In this document: in pieces, positions 7,736-15,849 of the stretch
How positions within the stretch are numbered: the stretch's first letter is position 1
Layout: each line of letters opens with the position of its first letter
Source of the DNA: an uncultured Gammaproteobacteria bacterium
GTDB lineage: Bacteria > Patescibacteriota > Microgenomatia > UBA8517
NCBI GenBank assembly: GCA_964612965.1
Contig: CAZTGB010000004.1
Span: forward strand, 1,299-41,709
Length of the DNA stretch: 40,411 nt
Reading direction: 5' to 3'
Made by a program: the position numbers and the translations under genes
Notes under the pieces: generated by a model
The model's database searches: none
Told to the model about the DNA's origin: nothing
Seen by the model: the letters and a program-made list of their open reading frames with translations, nothing else

Positions 7736-7760
7736 AATAGTATTTTCACAGACATGTCAA
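7732..7760 (-). promoter_or_regulatory. Sigma70-type promoter of the mraZ operon (TTGACA-17-TTAAAT)
   Basis: Minus-strand TTGACA (7755-7760), 17-nt spacer, TTAAAT (7732-7737), about 48-nt leader to ATG 7677. An alternative extended -10 TGtGAAAAT lies just upstream. Confidence 0.45.
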
Positions 7761-7797
7761 GTGCCTACTTCACGGTTTTCACTAAAATACACGCAAG

Positions 7798-7814
7798 TTT
7801 GTCAATTTGACAAA
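7798..7814. promoter_or_regulatory. Perfect 8-1-8 palindrome TTTGTCAA-T-TTGACAAA
   Basis: Read directly. Located 16 nt downstream of the stop of the 7830-8477 gene and about 40 nt upstream of the mraZ -35. Confidence 0.4.
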
Positions 7815-7829
7815 GAAGATTTACTAAAA

Positions 7830-8477
7830 CTATTCCGTAACAACTTTCTCAGCGTGGGGCTTACCATCTGAAGCAAACACGGCATAGCCGTTTTGATAAA
7901 TAACCACACTTGATGGATTTGGTTCCGCAAACGTCATCATTGTTACGAAAAACACACCTTTAGCGGTTTTTTCTAGTTCATACTTAAATTCCCCGTCAGG
8001 CATTGAAAGAGTTGTTGTACCAGTTTGCATTGCAAACTTTGTAGAAAGTTTACCAAGAAGTTTTCCTTTTTCATCCCTAAACCTCAAAGTAATAGTTCCA
8101 CCATCAACTCCCTCATCATACCTAAACTTGCCAGACGATTCGGAACCCAGAAGCAAGTCCTTAATAACATCAGCACCCGTTAGCTTCACCGTCCCAGGAA
8201 CGCCTTGAGTACGTCCATCAGGAAGAGTGTAGAGAAGTTCATAATCAAGTGAGGCCGCTTTTTTGACTTTAATTTGAGCAATAGTAAGCTTCAAATAGTG
8301 CCCATCGGAAGATGGAACAAGCATTACAATTGGTCTCTCTTCAACCGGAATCTCTTTTACAATCTCCTCTTCTGGGGCTCCTCCTTTTTTAGAATTTTTG
8401 ACCAGAACAAAGGCAACAACCAAAACAAGAAGACCAACCCCAAGAAGAATTAAAGGTAAATATTTTTTTAAGTTCAT
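7830..8477 (-). CDS. Hypothetical membrane-anchored protein (N-terminal TM, extracytoplasmic beta-rich domain)
   Basis: Long ORF with N-terminal TM LPLILLGVGLLVLVVAFVLV. 4-nt overlap with glyQS. No family recognised. Confidence 0.6.
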   Translation of the reverse strand: MNLKKYLPLILLGVGLLVLVVAFVLVKNSKKGGAPEEEIVKEIPVEERPIVMLVPSSDGHYLKLTIAQIKVKKAASLDYELLYTLPDGRTQGVPGTVKLTGADVIKDLLLGSESSGKFRYDEGVDGGTITLRFRDEKGKLLGKLSTKFAMQTGTTTLSMPDGEFKYELEKTAKGVFFVTMMTFAEPNPSSVVIYQNGYAVFASDGKPHAEKVVTE

Positions 8478-9835
8478 CCTAGCTTATTCTGAAAATATTC
8501 TACTAACTTGTCAATAGCTATTCGCTCTTGCGTCGCAGTATCACGGTCTCGAACAGTAACTGAATTATCGTTTAAGCTATCAAAATCAACCGTAACACAC
8601 CAAGGGGTTCCAATCTCATCTTGCGCAAAGTAACGCTTTCCGATGTTGCCACGTTCATCCCAAGTAACCACAAAGCTTTTCTTTAAACCACGGTAAACAT
8701 CACGAGCTTTTTCAACAAGTTCTGGTTTATTTGAAAGAAGTGGAAATACGGCAACTTTATAAGGCGCAATTTTAGGGTTTAGTTTTAACACTACCCGACC
8801 ATCATCCTCATTATATGAATTAAATAAAATTATCCCGGTAAGCCTTGATAAACCAAATGTCGGCTCTACAACATGTGGTGTGTATTTCTGATTTGTGTAG
8901 GGGTCTGCATAATCTAAATCTTTTCCAGAATTCTTTGAATGATTTTTAAGATCAAAATCCGTTCTATAAGCAATTCCAAACATCTCTTTAAAACCAAATG
9001 GATATTTATACTCAATATCCATTGTGCGCTTTGAATAATGTGATCTTTCAAACTCTTCATGTTCTCTCCATCGTAAATTTTCCTCTTTAATTCCAAGACT
9101 AAGTGCCCAATTCCACATTTCATTCCTCCAATATTCAAAAGTTTCCTCCCATCTTTCTTTGGGATTTATGAAATATTCAAATTCCATAAGATCAAATTCA
9201 AAACTTCTATGAGTAAACTGCCCCATTGTTATTTCGTTTCTATATGCCTTTCCAACCTGAGCAATACCAAATGGAATTTTGACACGAGTTGAATCCAAAA
9301 CGTTCTTAAAATTTAAGAATATTCCCTGTGCTATCTCACCCCTCAAATAAGCTAAATTCTTTCCCTCTTCTAATACTCCCAATTTAACCTCAACTAATTG
9401 ATTAAATTTTCGTATTTTAGTCCAATTACTTTTACCACACTTGGGGCATAGAATTTTATTTTCTTTAATAAGTTCTTCCAATTTCTCAAATGGAAGACCC
9501 TCAACCTTAATATCTTTAACATTGTTTTCTATAAGATGATCAGCTCTGGCTCTATTTTTACACTCTTTGCAGTCAATGAGTGCCTCATTAAAGCCAGCGA
9601 TGTGACCTGAGGCGTTCCATACCTCGGGCCTAAGGATTGCTGATGCATCAATACCAACCATATCATCTCTATTTAGAACAAAGGTATTCCACCAATAATC
9701 CCTAATATTGTTTTTAAGAAGTGTACCCATCGGTCCATAATCCCAAACATTAGCAAGACCACCATAAATTTCAGGAGAGGGGTAAACAAAACCTCGTCTT
9801 TTGGCGAGTGAAACAACTTTTTCCATTAAATCCAT
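8474..9835 (-). CDS. glyQS: Glycine--tRNA ligase (homodimeric class II type)
   Basis: MEKVVSLAKRRGFVYPSPEIYGGLANVWDYGPMGTLLKNNI is the characteristic N-terminus. 453 aa. Confidence 0.9.
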   Translation of the reverse strand: MDLMEKVVSLAKRRGFVYPSPEIYGGLANVWDYGPMGTLLKNNIRDYWWNTFVLNRDDMVGIDASAILRPEVWNASGHIAGFNEALIDCKECKNRARADHLIENNVKDIKVEGLPFEKLEELIKENKILCPKCGKSNWTKIRKFNQLVEVKLGVLEEGKNLAYLRGEIAQGIFLNFKNVLDSTRVKIPFGIAQVGKAYRNEITMGQFTHRSFEFDLMEFEYFINPKERWEETFEYWRNEMWNWALSLGIKEENLRWREHEEFERSHYSKRTMDIEYKYPFGFKEMFGIAYRTDFDLKNHSKNSGKDLDYADPYTNQKYTPHVVEPTFGLSRLTGIILFNSYNEDDGRVVLKLNPKIAPYKVAVFPLLSNKPELVEKARDVYRGLKKSFVVTWDERGNIGKRYFAQDEIGTPWCVTVDFDSLNDNSVTVRDRDTATQERIAIDKLVEYFQNKLG

Positions 9836-9844
9836 ATATGAAGA

Positions 9845-9850
9845 ATTATA
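9845..9850 (-). promoter_or_regulatory. -10 box TATAAT, 9 nt upstream of glyQS ATG
   Basis: rc of attata at 9845-9850, then TCTTCATAT, then ATG (9835). Confidence 0.35.
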
Positions 9851-9854
9851 CCCA

Positions 9855-10328
9855 CTACCTATTCAAAAACCAAATGGAAAAGTTAAGAACTGTGGCAAAA
9901 CTTACCCAAAATAGATATGGGATAAGTAAATAGGCAGAAAGTTTATCCAATTTACTAAAAACCTTAATAGTTCTTACTAAAAGAACTACCAATACAGAAA
10001 TTATGATTAATCCTCCGAATAAATTTCTAGCTCCAAAGAAAACAGGTGTCCAAATAAAATTAAAGAAGAGTTGCCACCAAAATAGATTAAGTGCTGTATC
10101 TCTTCCCTTTTTCTTTTTAGATAGCTCTAAAATTCTATAAACTGAAATTCCCATCAATGTATAAAGAACTGTCCAAACAGGCCCAAATAAATAATTTGGA
10201 GGACTAAATGATGGTTTAACTAAACCTGCATACCATGTAGGAATTGAGGCAAATGTAAAATAGGATCCAACTACCCCAACCATCTGGCAGAAGATAATAA
10301 GTCCAAGAAGTTTAAAAAACTTAAGCAT
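9855..10328 (-). CDS. tspO: TspO/MBR family tryptophan-rich sensory protein
   Basis: 5-TM 157-aa protein with KPSFSPPNYLFGPVWTVLYTLMG and WWQLFFNFIWTPVFFG. Confidence 0.8.
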   Translation of the reverse strand: MLKFFKLLGLIIFCQMVGVVGSYFTFASIPTWYAGLVKPSFSPPNYLFGPVWTVLYTLMGISVYRILELSKKKKGRDTALNLFWWQLFFNFIWTPVFFGARNLFGGLIIISVLVVLLVRTIKVFSKLDKLSAYLLIPYLFWVSFATVLNFSIWFLNR

Positions 10329-10334
10329 TAACTA

Positions 10335-10340
10335 ATACTA
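10335..10340 (-). promoter_or_regulatory. -10-like TAGTAT, 6 nt upstream of tspO ATG
   Basis: rc of atacta 10335-10340, then TAGTTA, then ATG (10328). Confidence 0.35.
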
Positions 10341-10349
10341 GTCCTAAGG

Positions 10350-10355
10350 TATAAT
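10350..10355 (+). promoter_or_regulatory. -10 box TATAAT, 10 nt upstream of the LCP gene ATG
   Basis: TATAAT at 10350-10355 in the 37-bp divergent spacer, then aattgtctag, then ATG 10366. Confidence 0.4.
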
Positions 10356-10365
10356 AATTGTCTAG

Positions 10366-11418
10366 ATGATAATCCCACTGTTCCAGAAACAACCCAATAG
10401 TCCAATTATCAAATTGGCATTCATTTGTTTGGGAACATTCCTGCTTGGAATTGTAGGCACCTACTCTGTTCTTGGTTTAGTTATTAAAAAACCAAATCAA
10501 AATTCAGCTCCAACTAAAACATATAATAATCTTTTCGATACCGCTAAAGTAAGTGATGAGTCAAAAAACCAAGAATTTAACGCAGTTCTACTTGGTTCCG
10601 GAGGGTTCGGCCACTCAGGAGGCGGGCTAACAGATAGTATTATTGTTGTGCACGTAAATTCCGAAGATAAAAAGGCAGCAATAATCTCTGTACCACGTGA
10701 TTTATATGTCCCAGGGAATAGAAAAATAAATGCAGAAGTTTCAGTCAATGGAGTGGACAGCATTAAAAGCGTTCTTGATGAGGTAACGGGCATTCCAATT
10801 AATAAATATGCATCGATTGACTTTAATAGCCTAATTAAATTAATTGATACTCTTGGAGGAATTGAGGTCGAGGTTCCAAAGACATTTAATGATAACTTCT
10901 ATCCCATAAAAGGTCTTGAAAATGAACTTTGTGGAAAAAGTCCTGAGGAAGTAGCTTCACTTCATACAAAGTATTCTGGTTTTGAACTAGAAAAGCAGTT
11001 TACATGCCGTTATGAACAAATTCATTTTGACAAAGGAGTAACACAAATTGATGGTGAAACTGCATTAAAATTTGCAAGAAGTAGACATGGAGATAGCGAC
11101 TTTGGAAGAAGCGAGAGACAATTCTCAATTCTTTTAGGTATTGTTAAAAAACTGTCAACTGAAAGTCCATTCAAAAACATTAAAGACGCATATGAAGATT
11201 TGTCCAGTCTAGTTCAAACGGATTTAAACGTTGATGAAGCAATTGAATTATTTAATCTATATGGAAATCCCGAAAAATATGAAATAACTCAAATTTACCT
11301 TACAGATCAAAATGTTTTGGTTTCCGGAAAAAGTAGTATTGGTGAATATATACTCTTACCCAAGAGTGGAAAGAATAACTTTAATGAAATTAAAGAATTT
11401 ATTTCTTCAAAACTCTGA
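10366..11418 (+). CDS. LytR-CpsA-Psr (LCP) family cell-wall glycopolymer phosphotransferase
   Basis: N-terminal TM. DSIIVVHVN…AAIISVPRDLYV, IDFNSLIKLIDTLGGIEVEV, ALKFARSRHGDSDFGRSERQ. Confidence 0.8.
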   Translation: MIIPLFQKQPNSPIIKLAFICLGTFLLGIVGTYSVLGLVIKKPNQNSAPTKTYNNLFDTAKVSDESKNQEFNAVLLGSGGFGHSGGGLTDSIIVVHVNSEDKKAAIISVPRDLYVPGNRKINAEVSVNGVDSIKSVLDEVTGIPINKYASIDFNSLIKLIDTLGGIEVEVPKTFNDNFYPIKGLENELCGKSPEEVASLHTKYSGFELEKQFTCRYEQIHFDKGVTQIDGETALKFARSRHGDSDFGRSERQFSILLGIVKKLSTESPFKNIKDAYEDLSSLVQTDLNVDEAIELFNLYGNPEKYEITQIYLTDQNVLVSGKSSIGEYILLPKSGKNNFNEIKEFISSKL

Positions 11419-12073
11419 AATATTCTTTCTTTAAATATTTTCTAAAAATGGTGAGGATCCAAATCGCGTCAACCCTTTGAGATTTATGAGCCCTCATAGC
11501 ACTAACTTTAGTTTTGAAATATGGTTTAACATCTACTACTAAATCAACTTCACTTTCATCATATCCCTGTGGAAAATAGACAAAATATTTCTTACCAATT
11601 AATCTTTTAATCTCACGCTTTTCACAAAAGTACATTAAATTCTTAACAAACGAAAGTCTTTCAAAAAGATAAGTTGTTTCCATTGCAACCGCTATATGGT
11701 CTAAGTGCCCCGAAACTCCGTTAATATCAAAGGTCATAAGGGTATCCGGCATAACATCTTCCAATATTTTTTTAATCGCTCCTGCAACTTCATGATAATT
11801 ATTGTTGCAAAGTGAACCGTCTTTGAAATCTAGGAAATAGACATCCCTAACCCCTAAAATTCTGGCAGAAGCTCTAAGTTCTTCTCTTCTTGTTTCTCCT
11901 AATTTATCTATGTTATTTCCTTTTGCAAACTTTTGATCAGCGTCTCCATTTGTTACACAAATCACACTAACCTCACATTTTTCTGAAAAGTATGCAATCG
12001 ATCCACCTGGTCCAAACGCTTCATCATCGGGATGAGCAAAAACACAAACTAATTTTTTAGGTTCTATTGTCAT
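11399..12073 (-). CDS. PIG-L / LmbE family N-acetylglucosaminyl deacetylase
   Basis: VFAHPDDEAFGPGGSIA and GHLDH motifs. Confidence 0.8.
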   Translation of the reverse strand: MTIEPKKLVCVFAHPDDEAFGPGGSIAYFSEKCEVSVICVTNGDADQKFAKGNNIDKLGETRREELRASARILGVRDVYFLDFKDGSLCNNNYHEVAGAIKKILEDVMPDTLMTFDINGVSGHLDHIAVAMETTYLFERLSFVKNLMYFCEKREIKRLIGKKYFVYFPQGYDESEVDLVVDVKPYFKTKVSAMRAHKSQRVDAIWILTIFRKYLKKEYFRVLKK

Positions 12074-12075
12074 TG

Positions 12076-12450
12076 TTATTTTTTAGGTTTGAAATCTAAA
12101 GCCAAAGAATTAATACAGTATCTTAAGGATGTTTTGTCGCTTGGTCCATCATTAAAAACGTGACCCAAGTGGCTACCACAATTTGCGCAAGTTACCTCTG
12201 TTCTTATCATCCCTAAGCTTTCATCGGTTATCCTTTTAATGGCTTTTGAGTCTACCATATCCCAAAAAGCAGGCCAACCTGTGCCAGAATCGTATTTAGT
12301 ATCTGAAGAAAATAACTTCTGCCCACAAACAACACAAACATACATTCCGTTCTCCTTGTGCTTGTAATATTTTCCACTTCCTGGGGCTTCCGTTCCCTTT
12401 AAAAAACAAACATTATATTGTTCAGGCGTTAATTTCTTTTTAAGATCCAT
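12076..12450 (-). CDS. msrB: Peptide-methionine (R)-S-oxide reductase MsrB
   Basis: CVVCGQKLF…GWPAFW, CANCGSHLGHVFNDGP, RYCINS. Confidence 0.9.
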   Translation of the reverse strand: MDLKKKLTPEQYNVCFLKGTEAPGSGKYYKHKENGMYVCVVCGQKLFSSDTKYDSGTGWPAFWDMVDSKAIKRITDESLGMIRTEVTCANCGSHLGHVFNDGPSDKTSLRYCINSLALDFKPKK

Positions 12451-12455
12451 GTATT

Positions 12456-12464
12456 ATTTTACCA
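12456..12464 (-). promoter_or_regulatory. Extended -10 TGgTAAAAT, 5 nt upstream of msrB ATG
   Basis: Minus strand reads TTTTTTGGTGGTAAAATAATACATG. GGTGG could alternatively act as a distant SD. Confidence 0.35.
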
Positions 12465-12466
12465 CC

Positions 12467-12492
12467 AAAAAAGGAGCCCGAAAGCCCCTTTT
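12467..12492 (-). terminator. Rho-independent terminator (GGGGCU-UUCG-GGCUCC followed by U6)
   Basis: Minus strand AAAAGGGGCTTTCGGGCTCCTTTTTT: GC-rich stem, UUCG-type loop and a 6-U tail ending 16 nt before the msrB ATG. Confidence 0.6.
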
Positions 12493-12560
12493 ATCGACTA
12501 ACTATTTAAACCCCTTCTATACAATTAGCAAAACGCCTGACCGGTGTTTACTTTATATAT

Positions 12561-12593
12561 TCCGAGACTAACTCCGAAATTAATCGGAGCGGA
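12561..12593 (-). other. Bulged hairpin in the 172-nt spacer (CTCCGA/TCGGAG inner stem, TCCG/CGGA outer stem)
   Basis: Plus strand tccg-agactaa-ctccga-aattaa-tcggag-cgga. The duplicated CGGAG allows alternative pairings. Confidence 0.4.
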
Positions 12594-12622
12594 GGATTCA
12601 GACACTTAAGGAAAACTATAGC

Positions 12623-13225
12623 CTAAAACAGGCTATTCTGTAAGGAATCTGGAGGCTCCGGATAACTAAAATCAACTTTTACATCATGGGTTTCATTCCA
12701 AAAATCAATAAATTTCAGATACCCATTTTGTAAGCCAAAGTCGTATATATCGCGAGTTATAGCTACATCCATTTCGCAATACTTCTTAAGTTTTGCCAAG
12801 CTTTCAGTATCCCCTTTATTCCAGTAGGTAATGGCATTAGCCCCCGTATCATTTTTTGTTGAATTAAGTGTTGCCCGGGCCAAAGCATCCAAAGAAACTC
12901 GCTTACCTAAGTTTTGTCTAATTTTATTTAGAATGTCAAAATGAGAAAGTTTTACCCAATGAGGGGGTAAGTATGGGGAAAGAGCTGGAACGTCAAAGCC
13001 AATCGAATTAAAACCAATTATCCTATCCGCCTTCTCAAAGTATGTAAACATTTTAGGAAAATCTTTTCCCCAAAAGCTAATCATTTCACCTTTAATTTCT
13101 TTTAGACTTTCATCAAGTTCTCGAACATAAAGTGAAACAATAGATACTCCCAACTTTGAAGGATCAAATTCGGGGGTTTCATCAAAAAACTTTTTAGTCT
13201 CACAATCAAAAATTACTTCAAACAT
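12623..13225 (-). CDS. DEDDy-type 3'-5' exonuclease, RNase H-like fold (PolB-exo-like)
   Basis: Exo I FDCET, Exo II IGFNSIGFDVPAL, Exo III YCEMDVAITRDIY. Confidence 0.55.
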   Translation of the reverse strand: MFEVIFDCETKKFFDETPEFDPSKLGVSIVSLYVRELDESLKEIKGEMISFWGKDFPKMFTYFEKADRIIGFNSIGFDVPALSPYLPPHWVKLSHFDILNKIRQNLGKRVSLDALARATLNSTKNDTGANAITYWNKGDTESLAKLKKYCEMDVAITRDIYDFGLQNGYLKFIDFWNETHDVKVDFSYPEPPDSLQNSLF

Positions 13226-13238
13226 ATGGAGACATATT

Positions 13239-14297
13239 TTAAGCTTTTCTTTTAGAAACAGCTAGTGCAGCCAAAAAAGTGGTAACCGGAACAGCAAAAA
13301 GTAGCCCCATGCTCCCAGACAGTGTTCTAACAATTTCCTGTGAAATTAGTTCGCTGTTTATCATAAACCAGATGGGATATTTCTGAGGATTTAATACTAT
13401 AAAAAGAAAAATAGGAAGAGATGCCCCTGCATACGCAAGAATAAGCGTATTAACAAGAGATGAAACATGCTCTTGGCCAATATTCAAAGTGCTTTTAACC
13501 AACTTCCCAAATGTCAATTGCGGGCTTTGTTTTTTTAATTCAAAAACTGTCGCCGATAACCCAGTTGTTACATCATCTAATACTCCTAAAAATCCAATTA
13601 TCATCCCTCCAAGAAGTAGCCCCCTAAAGTTTATCCCTGATGTAAGATCGCCAAACTGAAGCGCATAAACATCCTCACTTCCAAGTCCGGTAAGCCCTGT
13701 TAAGTTTACAAAAATGACAGAAAATATCCCGGCCAGAACTAGTGTAATAAAAGTAGAAACAACAGCGATTGTAGTTTGTTTTGAAAATCCATGAGCTAGA
13801 TAAATGCTAGTAACAAGAATTACAAGAGAGCCTACTATGCTTACAAAAATGGGATCTCGTCCTTCTATAATCGCTGGAACTATATATTTAACAATCACAG
13901 CCAAGCTCACAAACATTCCAAAGAATGATCCGAGTCCACGCCATCGGCTAAGAAGAAGAACTAAAACAAAAAAGGAAATTACAATTGCTAATATTTCATT
14001 TAATCTATGTTTGTCTATTATCTGATAGCTAACATCGCTTTCAGAAAATATCGTTTTATTTACAACAACGATATCACCCACTTTTATATTCAACCCCGCA
14101 TAGGGAACATTAAGCTCCTCGCCTTTTTGGGCGCCTTCCAGAAAAATAACTTTCGCTTCGTTATCGCTCATTATCCAAACGATCTTTGCCTTAACAACCT
14201 CATCTTTGGGGATAGAAACATTCTCCTGGGCATAAGAAAAAACTGGAAATGCAAAAAACAACAATAGGATAATAAATACCAATAACTTTTTAATCAT
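13239..14297 (-). CDS. YibE/F family polytopic membrane protein
   Basis: Signal/TM plus a small N-terminal domain, then multiple TMs with GVLDDVTTGLSATVFEL and NTLILAYAGASLP, motifs I associate with YibE/F. The start overlaps the permease stop by 4 nt. Confidence 0.55.
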   Translation of the reverse strand: MIKKLLVFIILLLFFAFPVFSYAQENVSIPKDEVVKAKIVWIMSDNEAKVIFLEGAQKGEELNVPYAGLNIKVGDIVVVNKTIFSESDVSYQIIDKHRLNEILAIVISFFVLVLLLSRWRGLGSFFGMFVSLAVIVKYIVPAIIEGRDPIFVSIVGSLVILVTSIYLAHGFSKQTTIAVVSTFITLVLAGIFSVIFVNLTGLTGLGSEDVYALQFGDLTSGINFRGLLLGGMIIGFLGVLDDVTTGLSATVFELKKQSPQLTFGKLVKSTLNIGQEHVSSLVNTLILAYAGASLPIFLFIVLNPQKYPIWFMINSELISQEIVRTLSGSMGLLFAVPVTTFLAALAVSKRKA

Positions 14298-15112
14298 TTC
14301 AAAATTGATGTTATAAGAAAAACCAGAAGGGCAAGTAGTACTATTACCCCTCCCGCAGGCAAGCTTAGGTAATAAGCCAATATAAGTCCTGCTAATACTG
14401 AAAACAAGGCAATCAACACAGAAAGAAATAAAGCTTGCTTGAAGCTTTTAGCTATTAATTGAGCCGTAATAACTGGAATAACTAACAACGCTCCTATTAA
14501 AAGTATTCCGACTATCCTCATAGCCAGAGAGACGGTAACTGCAGTTAAAACAATAAGAAGCAAATTTACAAATTTAACTTTTACACCGCTTACTTTTGCC
14601 CCCTCTTCATCAAAAGCCACGAAGAATAATTGTTTATAAAATATAAATATAATAAAGGTTGTAAGAGCCGCCAATCCAAGAATTAACATTAAATCTGTTG
14701 TCCCAACAGTTGAAATGCTCCCAAAAAGAAAGCTGAAAAGATTTGAATTAAAGCCTTTGGCAATACTAAGAAGCACTACTGAAAGCGCAAGCCCTCCAGG
14801 CAAAAACATCGCAAGAACCGCCTCTCCCGATACATTTTGTTTTGTTCTGATTATCTCGATTGCAATCGCTGCTAAAATTGTTATAGCAAGAGTTGTAATT
14901 ATCGGAGCGATCCCAAGAAGTAGTCCTATCGCGACCCCTGAAAGAGCAACGTGAGAAAGAGTATCGCCTATCAAAGAAAACCTGCGAACTACTAAAAAAG
15001 TTCCAATTAAAGGAGCAATAACAGCAATTGCAACTCCCGCAATAATTGCCCGAATCATAAAACTGTATTGAAAAATTTCAAGCATGATCATGATTGTGAT
15101 GGTGTGCCACAA
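14294..15112 (-). CDS. znuB: Metal (Zn/Mn-type) ABC transporter permease, ABC-3 family
   Basis: Polytopic protein with RRFSLIGDTLSHVALSGVAIG typical of ZnuB/MntB/TroC. Metal specificity is inferred from the neighbouring regulator. Confidence 0.7.
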   Translation of the reverse strand: MWHTITIMIMLEIFQYSFMIRAIIAGVAIAVIAPLIGTFLVVRRFSLIGDTLSHVALSGVAIGLLLGIAPIITTLAITILAAIAIEIIRTKQNVSGEAVLAMFLPGGLALSVVLLSIAKGFNSNLFSFLFGSISTVGTTDLMLILGLAALTTFIIFIFYKQLFFVAFDEEGAKVSGVKVKFVNLLLIVLTAVTVSLAMRIVGILLIGALLVIPVITAQLIAKSFKQALFLSVLIALFSVLAGLILAYYLSLPAGGVIVLLALLVFLITSILK

Positions 15113-15842
15113 ATTTCATATCTTTTCCATAAATCTTCTCTAAATAATCCTCTTTAATAAATTCCTTAGGAGTCAAATGACAAATCAACCTTCCGTTTAT
15201 GCAGGCAACCACCGATACCTCATTGGTAACTACATCAATATCATGGGAAACCATAATTAAAGTGAGTCCAAAATCCCTATTCAATTTTCTTAAAAGGCTA
15301 TAAAAATCCTTCTGGGCATCAACATCAACCCCGGAAGTGGGTTCATCTAAAATTAGAAGCTCGGGATTTGATACAAGTGCTCTTGCAATAAAACCTCTCT
15401 GCGCCTGCCCCCCTGATAGTTCTCTCAGTTGTGATTTTCTTAAACTTTCAATACCAGCTACTTTTAAAGCATCTTCTACGTTTCTTGATTTATTCTTATT
15501 AATCCTACCCATCTCAACAATTTCCTCAACCGTTACTGGAAAATTAAATACTTGTGACCCAGCTTTTTGAGGAATGTACGAAATTTTTCCCCAGTCATTA
15601 AATTTATCAAGATCACTCCCAAAAATCTGAATATGACCTTCTGTGGGGGTTAAAAAACCCAAAATTAATTTAAGAAGAGTTGTCTTGCCGCTTCCATTGG
15701 GTCCAATAAGCCCTAAAAAATCTCCTTTTTTAACATCGAATGTAATATTTTTCAAAACTGGTATTCCTCCATAAGTAAAGCTGACATTATCAATTTTAAC
15801 TAAAGGTTGAGTTTCAGAAGAAATAGACTTATTTATTTGCAT
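15078..15842 (-). CDS. znuC: Metal ABC transporter ATP-binding protein with His-rich C-terminal tail
   Basis: Walker A GPNGSGKTTLLK, signature LSGGQAQR, Walker B LILDEP, tail AHHHNHDHA. Start moved to ATG 15842 (MQINKS…), which removes a 74-nt overlap with the binding-protein gene. Confidence 0.8.
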   Translation of the reverse strand: MQINKSISSETQPLVKIDNVSFTYGGIPVLKNITFDVKKGDFLGLIGPNGSGKTTLLKLILGFLTPTEGHIQIFGSDLDKFNDWGKISYIPQKAGSQVFNFPVTVEEIVEMGRINKNKSRNVEDALKVAGIESLRKSQLRELSGGQAQRGFIARALVSNPELLILDEPTSGVDVDAQKDFYSLLRKLNRDFGLTLIMVSHDIDVVTNEVSVVACINGRLICHLTPKEFIKEDYLEKIYGKDMKFVAHHHNHDHA

Positions 15843-15849
15843 TGGGTTT

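Noticed and set aside
7629-7871. Plus-strand 80-aa ORF spanning the mraZ promoter region
   Set aside because: It overlaps the mraZ start, the promoter and the end of the upstream gene on the opposite strand. It shows no coding features, and regulatory elements explain the region better.
8914-9138. Same-strand alternative-frame ORFs nested in larger genes (8914-9138, 22713-22904, 27839-28072, 32076-32399, 35921-36136)
   Set aside because: They are completely embedded in genes with strong family signatures (GlyRS, GT4, GT-C, GT4, GT2), and there is no independent evidence for overlapping coding.
11399-11418. 20-bp convergent overlap of the LCP and PIG-L genes as a possible regulatory antisense module
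   Set aside because: Short 3'-end overlaps are pervasive in this compact segment. No hairpin or conserved element is present, so it is treated as genome compaction.
12451-12622. Possibility that the spacer encodes SRP RNA, 6S RNA or a tRNA
   Set aside because: CCGGUCAGGCG weakly recalls the SRP domain IV GUCAGG, but there is no GGAA tetraloop or AGCA symmetric loop. There is no end-to-end pairing as expected for 6S RNA, and no T-loop GTTCRANYC or cloverleaf. This was by-eye inspection only, so a covariance-model scan is still worthwhile.
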